A stretch of 63,740 bases of DNA, filler included, from Asterionella formosa (Eukaryota), in assembly GCA_002256025.1 (NCBI GenBank). It is 20 parts of 20 records of this genome, joined end to end, with 100 filler letters (N's around TTAATTAATTAA, not from the genome) between each part and the next. Parts side by side here need not be neighbours in the genome. Positions count along the whole stretch, not along the records: positions 35,945 to 55,747 come from NKIB01003520.1; positions 55,848 to 57,078 come from NKIB01003521.1; positions 57,179 to 58,409 come from NKIB01003522.1; positions 58,510 to 59,747 come from NKIB01003523.1; 16 more parts are not named here. One strand, written 5' to 3'. This document shows positions 45,900 through 59,199 of this stretch, piece by piece; the first letter of the stretch is position 1; each line of letters opens with the position of its first letter. The notes beneath the pieces were generated by a model, which was given only the letters and a program-made list of their open reading frames with translations, made no database searches and was not told the origin of the DNA. Made by a program: the position numbers and the translations under genes.

Positions 45900-46862
45900 C
45901 GTATACAGCACACTACAGGCAGATGAAAGAAACACAGTAATTGACCAGAAACTCATGGAGAAAGACCAAAATGACCAATTTCCACCCAACAGCATCATTA
46001 AATTGGTAAGGCTTTTGACGACATTCCAGCATCCAGATTGACCGTTTCCGTCGCACCGCACCTGCACAGTATGCAACACACGACAAAAGCAGATAAAAGA
46101 AAAACATGAATTGACAAGAAACTCATGGAGAAAGACCAAAATGAGTGATTTCCACCCAACAGCATCATTAAACTGAGGAAGGCTTTTGACTATGTCCAAG
46201 CATCCTAATCAGATCCAGACAGAGGACCGTTTCCGTCACACCGCACCTACACATTATACAACACACGACAAAAGCAGATGAGAGAAACACAGGAATTGAC
46301 AAGAAGAGATAGACCAGAATGACCAATTTCCACCTAACAACATCATTATAAATTGAGTAAGGCTTTTGACGATGTCCAATAATCCAAATCAGATCCAAAT
46401 AGACCGTTTCCGTCGCACAGTACCAACACATTATACATCACACTATAAGTAGATCAAAGAACTACAAGAATTGACAAGAAACTCATGGAGATAGACCAGA
46501 ATGACCAAAATCAACCCAACAGCAGCCATCATTAAATTGAGTAAGGCTTTTGAGTATGTCCATGCATCCGAATCCGATCCAGACAGACCGTGTTACCATC
46601 CCACCTTACCTACACAGTACATACTGACCAACAAACAGATGAAAGAATCACAAGAAGCGACTAGAAACTCATGGAGAGAGACAAGAATGACTGGCATCCA
46701 CCCAACAGCAATATTAAATTGAGTAAGGCTTTTGACGATGTCCAAGCATCCAAATCAGATCCAAAAAGACCGATTCTGCCCCACTGCAGCTGCACAGTGC
46801 ATACTGAACAATAAACAGATAAAAGAACTACATGAATTGACAAGAAACTCATGGTGACAGAC
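45900..46862. repeat. Diverged satellite, ~170-186-bp unit, ~5.3 copies
   Basis: Unit AGAT.AAAGAA...ATTGACAAGAAACTCATGGAG...CACCCAACAGCATCATTAAATTGAGTAAGGCTTTTGAC...GACCGTTTCCGTC starts at ~45920, 46090, 46275, 46450, 46636 and 46816. Confidence 0.92.
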
Positions 46863-48635
46863 CAATCATTTAATACATATCATGTTTCTTTCAATGCCTC
46901 CATCAGCTGACCCATATCGTATCATGATAACTAGAGTCTTCCACTATATTTTATTGGCCACTCCGGAGTGCGCAAAACCAATTGAGATTGTTAATGTTCA
47001 TTACTGGCAATTTTGCAGGTTGCCCTGTTAACTTTATACTTCTTCATCCATTCAAATTACCTGCATCTAGGAAGATTGAGTTGTCATGTTGGATGTATAC
47101 TGTCTTAAAACCATTCACACCAACCAGCCACTTCTCCCAAATCGCCAGTATCATATAGCTTGATTATCATGTCTGCATATCTGCTTTGAAACCAACTGCC
47201 AGAGTCTGCTGAAGGAGAGGCAATATACCAATCTTGCTGTCGAAGGAGCACACTCGATTTTCGTCATACCATGGGCAAGCAATAGTGGATCAAAGGATTG
47301 TTCACCAATTCAATGTGATCCTTGTGTTTTTAATTGGATCAGAATTAATTTCAGGTGAAGGGTGAAGTTGTTCTGGATGAGCAATTCAACTGTAGATGGT
47401 TGACGCAATACAGAATCCTCTGTCAACTTCGGAACAGCAGTATTCATATGAGGTGGTATCACATCCCGCTTTGATTGTCTATTGCGATTGAATGGACAGT
47501 TGATTTTGGCAAATTAAGTGCTGATGCCAGCTGATGAATTGCAGTGCGCTTGTGGAAAGTAATTTCTTTTATATCTACAATCATCTCATCATGAGTATAT
47601 CTTTAATGAAGACCAGATCCGTTTTTGCAGGAAAGCGAGGCGAATTTGTCACTTCCATCTAAAGGGTATGAGGTTAGCTAGCATGCAGTTCCATATACTT
47701 CATACAGTAGTACTCTTATTAACATCTAACTTTTCCCCTGCATTTCAGCACCCTTTGTCACCATGTCTGTTGGGTTGATCATGGATTGATTCTCACTTCA
47801 GAATCTAGTCTGGCGACGCCAAGAAGCGCCACTTGAGCTGCACTATTCATAGTTGTGTAGTTTTCAGGCGCTTAAGAATTTTACTTTTAACTACCTATTT
47901 TTTATTTGTATTAAATAATGTGCTGAAAACAGACCTCACAATGTGTAACTGCAGGGCCTTAACCCTAACTATATTTTTAGTATACATAGATCTAGTATAG
48001 CTTTTTGGATGGCACACAATTAGGCAATTGAACCGGTGAATAAAGCTAGGAATCAAAATTGTCCCATAGAAATATTTTGAAATCCCTGCAACTATTTTCA
48101 ACCAGAGGAGTTACTAGGTACTCGCTCTGTCTTTAGTAACAGTTGCATCGATTCGCCGGCACCACCAGTGTCTTTACTGTTCACATATGAAGGAACGACG
48201 CTTTGCTATTGTTTGGTACTCCGTCTGTCTAGTAGTAACAGTTGCAACGATTATTCAATTGGTTTCGATTAATTTATTTACATGCTAAAAATTCAATTAC
48301 AGAAACCGAGTATATGTTCACGTCTATGGAACTTACAAAAATCGCATTTTTTCGAGTTAATTGACCCTCACGTAGAAATTTGGTATATTGGCTACACAAT
48401 CCTCATTTTTCATGGAGATGTTCGCCGTTTTCGTCATGGTAAGTAAACAAAAGCAGGATTCTCCAGCTGCTCACTACGACTACCTAGTACCTAGTACCGG
48501 TAAGCTCAAGTTTCTTATACGGTACATTCAAAAGAATCGCAATTTTCTAAGCTAAATTATTAAATCCCAGTGCCTATGTATGAGGGTACCTGGTACCTGG
48601 TACCACCATGGTAGCCATAATTATCATAGAATTGT

Positions 48636-48950
48636 CTATAGTGACGATCTCAATGATGATGCGCCCACCGCCTGCATACCGTACATAGTTAATTCTTGCC
48701 GGCATCGTCGAGGGACTGCCGGCGGTGTTTGAATGTTGTTGTTCCGGATTTGTCGGTTTGTCTGAATGATTGTTGAAGTATCTTCGCGATCTTTCGATTT
48801 GACATGGGGTGTCAACAAGGCTTCCAATAACTTCATACGGTGCTGGAGTTCAAAGTTCAAAGTGCCTGACGTTTGCATGCTGGTGCTTGGCAGCTGGGGA
48901 GAAATTACCGTACCCAGGTTGAACCGTCTACCCGTACAAGTATTCATCAT
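48636..48950 (-). CDS. Hypothetical small protein, divergent from the Mpv17 gene
   Basis: 104-aa ATG ORF with gene-like GC. No recognisable domain. Confidence 0.3.
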   Translation of the reverse strand: MMNTCTGRRFNLGTVISPQLPSTSMQTSGTLNFELQHRMKLLEALLTPHVKSKDREDTSTIIQTNRQIRNNNIQTPPAVPRRCRQELTMYGMQAVGASSLRSSL

Positions 48951-49061
48951 AGCGATCGTTGTTATTTGCGGCTAAACATACAGTCCTTATTGTCGGCGTC
49001 ACCGTAATTGGCGCACTCCATCCTCCATTGCTTAAGGCCAAGAATCCGAACGACAGCCACC

Positions 49062-49833
49062 ATGAAGCTCTTCACTCTCCTTGCCCTCACCACCTCCTTC
49101 TTTGCGGCTAGCGCCTTCGGTGTTAACCCATCGCGTCAGGTTAACAAGGCTGTGAACGTCAGTCCTTTCCGCAAGGACAGCTCAATGGTGTCACCTCTCT
49201 TTCGTGATCCTACCCTTGTTCGTGGAGGAGCCGTTCCTGGATGGGCTGCTTACAACAACGCTCTCGACAAGCACCCTTTGACGGCCAAGTCGTGCACCTC
49301 CCTTGTTGGCTGGGCTCTTGGAGATGTTCTTGCTCAGGTACGATCGTACGAATGGATTCGTTATCCTTCCGAATGTCAATAAACAATTAACGCTACCCTT
49401 CAATGCTTGTAACTTGCAGATCTTCATTTCCGGAGGACCTTTCGACGTGAAGCGCTTCCTCACCCTTTCTGCCTTCGGTTTCTTCTATCACGGACCTTCG
49501 GGCCATTTCTTCTACAACTGGCTTGACAGCAAGATTCCAGGAACCGCCGGAAAGGACATTGCCATGAAAGTCGCTATTGATCAGATCCTTTGGTGTCCCG
49601 TTTTCATGACTGTTTTCTTCACATACTTGGGTTTGGTGAATGGAGATTCATTGGCAACGATTGGCAGCAAGATCAAGAACGACTTGTTCTCAGCTTGTCA
49701 AGGATCCTGGAAGGTCTGGCCTATCGTCCACGCGGTCAACTTTAAGTTCATCTCCTCCAAGCACCGTCTCGTTTTCATCAATGGTGTCCAGGTCGCCTTC
49801 AACATGTTCCTTTCCTTGATTGGAACCAAGTAA
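49062..49833 (+). CDS. Mpv17/PMP22 family membrane protein, plastid-targeted (exons 49062-49337, 49420-49833)
   Basis: Signal peptide ends in ASA-F. YNNALDKHPLTAKSCTS..GWALGDVLAQ, HFFYNWLD, KVAIDQILWCP and WKVWPIVHAVNFKFI. In-frame GT-AG intron 49338-49419. Confidence 0.93.
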
Positions 49834-51829
49834 ATTTTCCCACATTTTGGCAAATTAAAATATGTTGTCGTCCAGTTATTCCCGGGGTCTGTGTCTTCGA
49901 TAAATCTAGCAATGCTGAATGCACAATGAGAAGGAAGTAGATAGTTGTGTTGACTAGAGGAGCGTAAGGCAAACATGCTAATTCAGGAACTTCTTGTCAG
50001 TACACAGTCGTAGCATTGCTCGTGCTAAATAGTTAGTCAGCACTTGCTTTTCACTACTCATCAGAAAAATGAATTTAACATGGAACAGGTGAAAAGTGCA
50101 GCACAGATGCACTACATGAGCTTTATCTCCCAATTCTGGTACCTGGTACTTCGTTGCCGATAACTTGTGAAACCCATTCAATTTGCAACTAAGTGCTGGT
50201 TGTAACTATGGTAGGTACCGAGAATTCAAATGGTGCAATATCTGTAGTGGTCAGGGTTGGTGATCGTGTTACTGCTGGGATAACTGTGGCATTGCTGCAC
50301 CTTGATTTGTCTAGAAAACTTTGGCGAACCATGGAAGTGACTCAACATTCATAGGAAGATGGATGATACATTTGGTGCATTCCCCTTGGAAACGTAAGCA
50401 AAAGGAGGAGCTGGTGTCTTTCTAACAGTTATTTGGAAACTAGCAAAGCCTTAGTATATGTCGATCATGTTGCTCTTTGGGGGTAGTAGAACAATGCTCA
50501 GGAGAGTGGCCTGTTCATGATATTCACAACCTTCTTGAATGACAAATTGACCTTCAATATTAGACCAAATTTTTTAATTGCTTCAGCAAAACAATATCAT
50601 CCGATCATCTTGGGTCAGATCATCAAGGCTTCAATTCTGTCCTCTTGGCTTGTATACACCACTGAAACCTTCATGTTGCTGGTACTTGGTACGAATAAAG
50701 ACCTTTTGTGACCCACTCCTAACATGCATGGCATATATTTCGCATGAAAGGATTAATCATTATAGTCATTTATGTAAATATATAAGTATGTGTGTTATAA
50801 TTTCAATTCTCCAAATAATATTGGGATATTTCATGCACTTTCTGTCTTGTGGTTTTTTTTTGAAAGNNNNNNNNNNNNNNNNNNNNNNNNNNNNNNNNNN
50901 NNNNNNNNNNNNNNNNNNNNNNNNNNNNNNNNNNNNNNNNNNNNNNNNNNNNNNNNNNNNNNNNNNNNNNNNNNNNNNNNNNNNNNNNNNNNNNNNNNNN
51001 NNNNNNNNNNNNNNNNNNNNNNNNNNNNNNNNNNNNNNNNNNNNNNNNNNNNNNNNNNNNNNNNNNNNNNNNNNNNNNNNNNNNNNNNNNNNNNNNNNNN
51101 NNNNNNNNNNNNNNNNNNNNNNNNNNNNNNNNNNNNNNNNNNNNNNNNNNNNNNNNNNNNNNNNNNNNNNNNNNNNNNNNNNNNNNNNNNNNNNNNNNNN
51201 NNNNNNNNNNNNNNNNNNNNNNNNNNNNNNNNNNNNNNNNNNNNNNNNNNNNNNNNNNNNNNNNNNNNNNNNNNNNNNNNNNNNNNNNNNNNNNNNNNNN
51301 NNNNNNNNNNNNNNNNNNNNNNNNNNNNNNNNNNNNNNNNNNNNNNNNNNNNNNNNNNNNNNNNNNNNNNNNNNNNNNNNNNNNNNNNNNNNNNNNNNNN
51401 NNNNNNNNNNNNNNNNNNNNNNNNNNNNNNNNNNNNNNNNNNNNNNNNGAACTCGATGATTGTTACCTCAAAACCTTTTTCTTATTACTTTATGCCTGGT
51501 TGTGCATCTCAGAATTTCAGTGTATTCTTTAAATGAATTTTTCTGACATGCATTGCATGTCGATCAATTCAACTTCGCATCTGCTCTCAGATTTTCCCTT
51601 GCACTAACACAACGCTTGCACACAATTAAACCTCTGCATCCGGTGATGGTTGGCTGCGGTACAGCGAAGGGCGGCAGAAGCAACAGCAACAGCAACAGTG
51701 ACAGGGACAGGATAATGCCCAACAAGCAGAAATGGTGGCTGCTGGTTGCCTTGCTGATTAGTTTCCATAAATCTGGTAAGTAGCTCTGATCTTGTTTGTG
51801 GCGATGGTACGTCGCCTTAGCGCCTATAC

Positions 51830-53645
51830 CATCGCACCATTTGGTCTTTGTCGCAACTCCCCCACTCACCATCTCTTTGTGCACTTCTTCACACATAGAA
51901 GAAAATGAAAGATGGGTGCACCAGTCTGTTCGCTTTCTTTCGAAATTCACTCCTCCCTTTGAAGTGATAAGCTGTGAATTTCTCTTCAAGAATCCCCGCC
52001 AATAACCTTTGCCAAGTTCTTGCTTGGCGTTAAGTCTAAATGGCATGCTATGCTTTTACCTCCACTGGTCAAGGTTTTCCTTTGTTTTGTTGTCGGCAAT
52101 CAAAGAATTGGCAAGAAACAACCCCTCTGCAACAGAGACACCAGGTACTCTCATTCATGACAACTGAATGAGTCCAACAACAAGGAAGGTAAGGCTCGAT
52201 TTCAGACATTGGTGAACTTTGCCCCTGCACTTGCTCAACTCTTCTTTCTAAATGCACTGCTTCCTACTGTTTCACATTTAATTGATGAATAAATCTAAAT
52301 CCCATTCTTTTCTTTTGTTGATTTGATAATAAAGGTAAATGTTCCTTTTGGTATGTGTCTGTTGTGTTGTGTCATGTTGCTAGCAATTGTTTGTTGGATA
52401 ACTTTCATGTATGCTTCTGTTGCTTCTTTCAATGTATCTTGCACCCTGTATTTGGTCTCAACCACAGCAGAAATGGGCGATGGCGCCCTTTGGCCATCCA
52501 CCAACAGTTGGGCTAAAAGATTTTCCATCGCTCATCATCGTTTGTAATTGTCTCCCCAAACTCTCCACAGCAGGTAAGTTTATCAATCACTTCATCAGCA
52601 CAATTGAGGGTTGTTTGCAGTCCTCTCTGTCTCTATCGACTGACTCTTGTATCATTGCTCCTCATCTTCTTCATCCTCTTGAACTGCAAATGAACTGTGC
52701 ATGATTGTATTGCTGGTCATGGGCAATGAGGAGGGGGGGGGGGGAAGTGTGTTCCATATTTCCATATTCACTATCCTGTGTCAATGTTGAAAGTGTTGTT
52801 GTTTTAAATAGTATGAAAGGAGTCGCAGCAGCAGCACCTCCAGCAGCACAGGCAGTACTAGTCGTACCAGTAGAGTTAAATTCTAGTTGTGCAGCTTTCT
52901 TTAATTGATTTTTTACTTGATAAATAGTTAGCAACCAAGGTAAAATTATCTGTTTAGCAAGGATGACTTCAGAAATAGCGTCATATCATGGCATTCTTCC
53001 ACCATTGTTAGCTTTCTGAACTTCAAGCTCTCTCACTATGTTGTTTATAATGATCTGTATGGTGTTTTGCTGTTCCTTGAAAGGTATCCTGTTCTTCTTT
53101 GCAGCCTGCGAGGAGGCTTTGTCGCTCTTTGTAGCTTCCAATTTTATGATGGATTTGTGGGTGGTTGTGGTCGGTTGTTTTCTCATTATATTTCATGCAA
53201 TTGTCAATTGTTAGTTAGGCGGCGCGCCAGGAATTCGCAGTTGATGTCTTCCATTTCGAATGACATCGATTTATTATGGCGCACAGAAGCATGCGCGCAA
53301 CATGCCACTGTTGCATATTATGAACTCACAAACTGTTCTATTCAGACACTAAAATTATTTTCTACCCGAAAGATATTACTACAATAGTACCTGTATATGT
53401 ATTGAAAAAGTGATGCCAGCTGAATGAAGTAAAATTAATTTAGTTTTTCATTCCATTTCTCGTCGACAGCAATCTTTTTCACTAAATATGGAAGTAATGA
53501 CACGCTAGCTAATTGACGAGTTCAAAGCATGATCATTATTGATTAATACATTTATCGCTACAAAATTGCTTGACTGTACTAGCATCATATTTAGTCCAAA
53601 ACGTGAATTTACTTGATTTAACGTTGACTCTCAGTTTTTAGGTGG
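51830..53645 (-). mobile_element. Decayed pogo/CENP-B-like (Tc1/mariner superfamily) DNA transposon, 5' half with TIR
   Basis: Frameshifted ORF pieces 53186->51830, including LGKGYWRGFLKRN...KRTDWCT..F..M.EEV..EMV..GVA (CENP-B HTH-like). Upstream end TCAGTTTTTAGGTGG-TA at 53645. No DDE domain visible. Confidence 0.65.
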
Positions 53646-54892
53646 TACCAGTTAAAGCCTCCTTTGAACCTCTATTTCACCACATTTGATCGATTAGTAT
53701 GACTAAGCACTGCCATATTCATTTCAATCATTGCTTGCAGAGGATGCTCCATATGTTCAGCCATAAGGTGGTGGATTATTATTGGATAAATGATTCAACC
53801 AGCCAGATTCCATTGACAATGAAGACATTNNNNNNNNNNNNNNNNNNNNNNNNNNNNNNNNNNNNNNNNNNNNNNNNNNNNNNNNNNNNNNNNNNNNNNN
53901 NNNNNNNNNNNNNNNNNNNNNNNNNNNNNNNNNNNNNNNNNNNNNNNNNATCCATTGACAATGAAGATGTCAATGTTCATAATGATGCATTTATCCATTT
54001 TACTAGCTGTTCAAAGCAGTATTTAAAAATGTGTTGTTGTTAATCCCTTAAAATTAAGTTATATTCTAGAGGGAAGATGGATAAAAACATTTCATAATGA
54101 ATATTAGCCATCAAATACCACCAGGGGTTCTTGGTACCTGGCAATGCATACAACTGGTATGAGTAGGTACTACGGGTATGCGAGCTAAATAAATATATGA
54201 TAGTAAGGTTTACCTGATTCATGCATGTGTACATATGCCTGCATACTCAGAGGACATGGTAAACAGCTATTTTGTCCAAAACGGACGATGAATCCACACT
54301 TTCATGTATATTTGTCAATCTTACCACTGAATGTTCAGTGTACCAGGTAGCTCCTTCACACATAGAGAAGCGCTGTATGCATGCTCAGCTACAAATGGGT
54401 TCAAAGCAGTTTTTAGCTGTTACTCCTAGTCCCAGGGTACCTGTGTGCGCAGCAGGGTAGTAATCATCATTCATTCTACATACTATGTATTGTATGCCAC
54501 ATGTCATTATTTCTTTCACATAGCTACTACATTGTGATGTGAATGATGGTGGTTGGTTTGTGCATTCCGCCTCAATGGTATGTGTGCCAGAGTATCGGTA
54601 CTGGTACCAGTACCAGGTACGAGGAAGGTCCGGTAGTGCACGTTTTCTGTACACCTTTTCAGTTACAATTCACTCCCCATGATTCGTCCCATGCCAGCCA
54701 GACAAGCTATGCCAGGTTTCGATGAATATAATATTCCTAAAGAAATTTAGGATTTTGTTACTCTTATTGACTGGTGATGACAATTTGAAGAATCAAACTC
54801 TGAACACGACTCGGATTTGCTGCCAGATCAAATTGGTTCAGCAAGCAAACCGTCTTCTTGCTTCAGAATACAAATAGGAATCATTCTACATT

Positions 54893-54990
54893 TAGAACTT
54901 GCTGACTATTACTAGAATTTGCTGAATACGAATAGAATCTGCTGACAACAACTAGAGCTTGCAGGCGAATATGAATAGATTTTCTGAATG
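54893..54990. repeat. ~20-bp degenerate tandem repeat (TAGAA..TGCTGA core) x5
   Basis: Directly visible. Confidence 0.6.
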
Positions 54991-55847
54991 ACCCTTAGCT
55001 AGTATGCAAATGAAGTAACGGTATATATATGAAAATACACAATTATTTGCAATATACGCCCTAATAGCCATGCTAATACTGCTATGAACATACATAACGT
55101 TATTTCTATATACATAGTCACAGTCATTATAACGCCTGATGTGCCAGCCAGGTACCTGGGATATTTGCGAATATCATACTAACACACATACCAGCCAGAT
55201 GTACCAGGCACTACTATGGCTACATAGGATAGCTAGTATATGCTCAGGGTATCCGAGGTAGCCCTTGTTTGTAGAAGCTATTATATAATTATTATTTAGC
55301 TGAGATGTTGCGATTTGTTTCTAAATTTAAAACGCTACAGAGTACTAGTTGTTGTGAGCAGCTGGAGAATCCTGCATCATATTGTCTCCGCCTTGACCAT
55401 AACGAAAACAACAAATATCCCTATGGAAAAGGAGAATGACGCTATGCTTTTTGGTACATATATTATACATGATATATACGATGCAATCATAGGAGAATCA
55501 CAGTGATATTTGCTAGGAATGACAACGAACATTGAAGTCGACGATGCTGCTGGTGCATTGCTTCACGTAGTTTAGACAATGCACAATTCAAAACTAGGAA
55601 GTTAGGACAAGATTTGACACTTTCACAGTATGCAATACTCTACACTATGGTAATCTGTAGGTTGAACCAAATTTGGTTGACTTGCTATTCAACAATATCA
55701 AATAATAGTCCATTGATATTTTCAAAATGACTCTTTGTATAGGAGTANNNNNNNNNNNNNNNNNNNNNNNNNNNNNNNNNNNNNNNNNNNNTTAATTAAT
55801 TAANNNNNNNNNNNNNNNNNNNNNNNNNNNNNNNNNNNNNNNNNNNN

Positions 55848-57078
55848 GCTAGTTGTTAGTTCAAGGTGAGTGATATGCTGCACTGTAGTGCGTGAGATAA
55901 CGCGACAAGCAATGGTTAGAATCCAATACGACATTAGGTTACCGACTTGGTGAGACACACCAAGCCAGCGCCCGAACATGTTTTCGCCAACCCCTGCATT
56001 ATTCTTGTACCACACCCAATCGTAGGACCCGAAATCCAAGTATTCGGATATATCGGGTGTCTTGCCTGTGATTGCTCTATAGGAGTCCGACCTTCCAGCG
56101 CAAATGATGAGTTAGCAGTGAGAGACGTTGTTTCGCACACCCACACAATTCCGTAATCCCACAAACGCTTCGGAACCCGATGCTTCATCATTTGTGGAAT
56201 CCATCGCTTCTTCACTTCGCGAATGACTGACTCCGCTCGATTCTGTCGATGCTGTTTAGTTTCGCTCACGTGATGTTCAATCCCATACTTCCTCACGTTC
56301 TTAATGAATACCGTTTTCGGTCCAGTCTGTTCGGACGCCCCGTCAGACGTGAGGTACTCAGGTGCTCCGTAATCACGAATGAATTGTCGGAGCGCCAGAA
56401 CCGCGCCAGACTTCTTCTCCATCGGGTACGCTTTTACGAAATACGCTTCATTTGCAAAGATTTGAGCACATGTGTTGTTAGTCAGTGATTTGCATTTCCC
56501 GAAAATGGTGTCAGTGTAGAACCGTTGGTTCCGTAACTTCCGCTGGCCATACATCCTATCTGTTTGGTACCGCCTGCTCAATGGGAGTATTGCTGACCGA
56601 GTGCCCTTCTGAGTGGTGACCTCTAGGGTCTGTTTCGCTTGAGTCAGTCCGATATTACACCTTTCGCTGAGTGTCTCATAATTCACTTGAGCTTGCCGGT
56701 CCAACGAAACAAAAGTCCTGGTGGCTGGTACGTCCACTTGGGTTGATTTAATGTATCGAACATCTCTTAAACAAGCCTCCGCCATCTCCTTGAAGCAGTA
56801 GATGGACGATATCTGGGACAAGAAAGGCTCGACGCCGATCGTGTCCTCCGCCTCCACAGATTGTATGAGGGAAAGGTTGACAGTCTGTGGATTCCATTCG
56901 GTGTTGCAGGTTAAATGAATGTGAGTACAAGTATCAAGTTCACGCTGGGTGGGAGTGGTAGTCTCTGAGAAGATGTTTGTTCCGCTGATCTGCAGCGGAA
57001 TATCGATTTCCGTTGTCGAGATTGACAGCGGTGCCGCTTTATCGAATGGATTGCCATTGACAACCACCCCGGAAAATC
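55848..57078 (-). mobile_element. Ty1/copia LTR retrotransposon pol fragment (protease end plus integrase; diatom CoDi-like)
   Basis: HIHLT...WNP, TTQKGTRSAILPLSRRY, FYTDT (D), LTSDGASEQ (D), QNRAESVIREVKKRW (E), PKRLWDY. Continues after a frameshift with GRWLGVSHQVGNLMSYWILT. Confidence 0.9.
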
Positions 57079-59199
57079 NNNNNNNNNNNNNNNNNNNNNN
57101 NNNNNNNNNNNNNNNNNNNNNNTTAATTAATTAANNNNNNNNNNNNNNNNNNNNNNNNNNNNNNNNNNNNNNNNNNNNCATCATGACAATGATGATTAGC
57201 CTATTGTAAATGGATAAATCACGAATTATAGATCAATTGTTGTTTTCAGAAACTGATGATGTAGTATACCGGTATGTCTACATGAGCGATGTACGACGGT
57301 TATGTACGAAATACTCAGGCTTTGATCCGGCAAGAAATCACAGAGATTTTGTTGTTGCCTTCGAGCGCCATTTTGCTTCAGCCATTTTCTATTTTAGCTA
57401 TTTTGCAATGAATATCAAAGCTATGTAAACAATTGTTTCACTACTTGCTAGCGGCACAAGTATTCTATCTAAGAAACAAATAAAAGTGTTAAGGAGTTGT
57501 GCAAAAATTAAAATTAAAAATCATTTTCTCATGGTCTTTTTATTTATTTATATGGTAATGGGAAATTTATCATGCTTGATTCATGATTGTACAATATAAA
57601 AACTATTTGTATATAGAACATGCATGTTGTGTACCGGTATGTTCACATGATACAAATGTACCACAACCATTTTCACTTTTGTACATTCATACCGGTAGTA
57701 TGGAATGCATGTAAACGAAGAGATTTAGAGGGGAGAACATTCTGTTGCACCCGGAGCACTACACTCTGTATCTTACTCCCACCTGGATTACAACATGAAG
57801 TCCTCGTTCATGGAACAGCATCAGCCATTTGAGCATGGAAATGACCTCTTTGTGGGCATGTGGGCTATTCCGCTTCAATGTCAGCATGATCGGTACATCA
57901 TGGAAGTCTTTCAAGAAAAGCAAATAAGTTAATTCAAACTTTTTCATCTCAATTGATGCAGGATTTACCTCGAAGTGGATGGTGACAATGGCAGATATCA
58001 CGACAGCAGATGGAAAGTAACTTACCGATAGACACAATATCCTGTAGTGGGAGAAAAAATCTAGGGATAGAATATCGAGGATGATTTGGCCTAATCAACC
58101 AAATCACATTAACGAACAGAAAGCAGATTGTAAAGCGGCTCTGATATCTTGCTTATTAAAATACTCTAAAACTATGAATTTACATCAATGCCTGAGTAAA
58201 TGGATTCGGCCTCCCAATCTGACATGGAAATTCTACTACCACCAAGAGAAAAAACTATGGCAAAGCTCATACACTAGCTATTGGCTGGTCCATGACCATC
58301 TGAAATCCAACCGACTCTCAGCAACCTTCCACACTGAAGGGAGCATGACATGACTGACAAAAATGTCAACTTAACTATATAGCACATTAAATCTATCCAA
58401 CAATTGCACNNNNNNNNNNNNNNNNNNNNNNNNNNNNNNNNNNNNNNNNNNNNTTAATTAATTAANNNNNNNNNNNNNNNNNNNNNNNNNNNNNNNNNNN
58501 NNNNNNNNNTTTTTAACAGGTTTTGAGGATGAGCAGTGATGATGAGCTTCTCGATCCTTGGATGGCAAGAGTATACTCTGCAGTAGTAGACAAAATGGTT
58601 GTAAATTACTATGGTAACAATCAGCATTATATATGCCGCCATCCTTAAGTGGAGACTGTGGACATTGCTTGTGTTACTCCTCCTTTGCAAGGAGGAAAAG
58701 CATTTATCCATGGGATTCTAGAGCACTGGTAATAGTTAAGAGGAATAGTGTATGATTTTATGCAGTTACAATGTCCAAATGAATTATTGCTGTTCCCATT
58801 TTTAATCCGAACACAGTTCCAGTACATTACCTTATACTCCCTCACAAAGTATACCTACTAGTACATACCGTAAGTTCACTGGTGAAACATGTATCATCGT
58901 GGTACCAGCTGCAATACCAGTATATCGCTCTCGGTGTGAGTGATATGCTGATGATGTGATGCTCGATTTCGACATCAAGCATTACATCCAAGCTGATTCT
59001 GGATTCCGTTTCTCCATATACTCGTGTGTAGAATTTGTCGTATGTAGATGGCTAGTACAAACGGAACACACCGACCTGAGTGTCCGGTAAAATGGTTGTG
59101 CAACTCATCATAGATAGGTGTCGTGTCTGAGTGAAGAATTACAAAAACACGAAGGCGTTTCATCACACGTTCGATAAAACTCCTGCTCCAACGACTCCA

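Noticed and set aside
45900..46862. Possible CRISPR array (conserved blocks with variable intervals)
   Set aside because: Whole 170-186-bp units are homologous with no unique spacers, there are no cas genes, and the context is eukaryotic.
53808..53970. TCCATTGACAATGAAGA repeated on both sides of a gap
   Set aside because: Likely a collapsed repeat or overlap at a scaffold gap; not interpretable.
57179..58409. Short ORFs possibly from a transposase (similarly 29282-30514, 46900-47800, 50200-50730 and 61959-62270)
   Set aside because: No convincing catalytic motifs; cannot be supported without a homology search.
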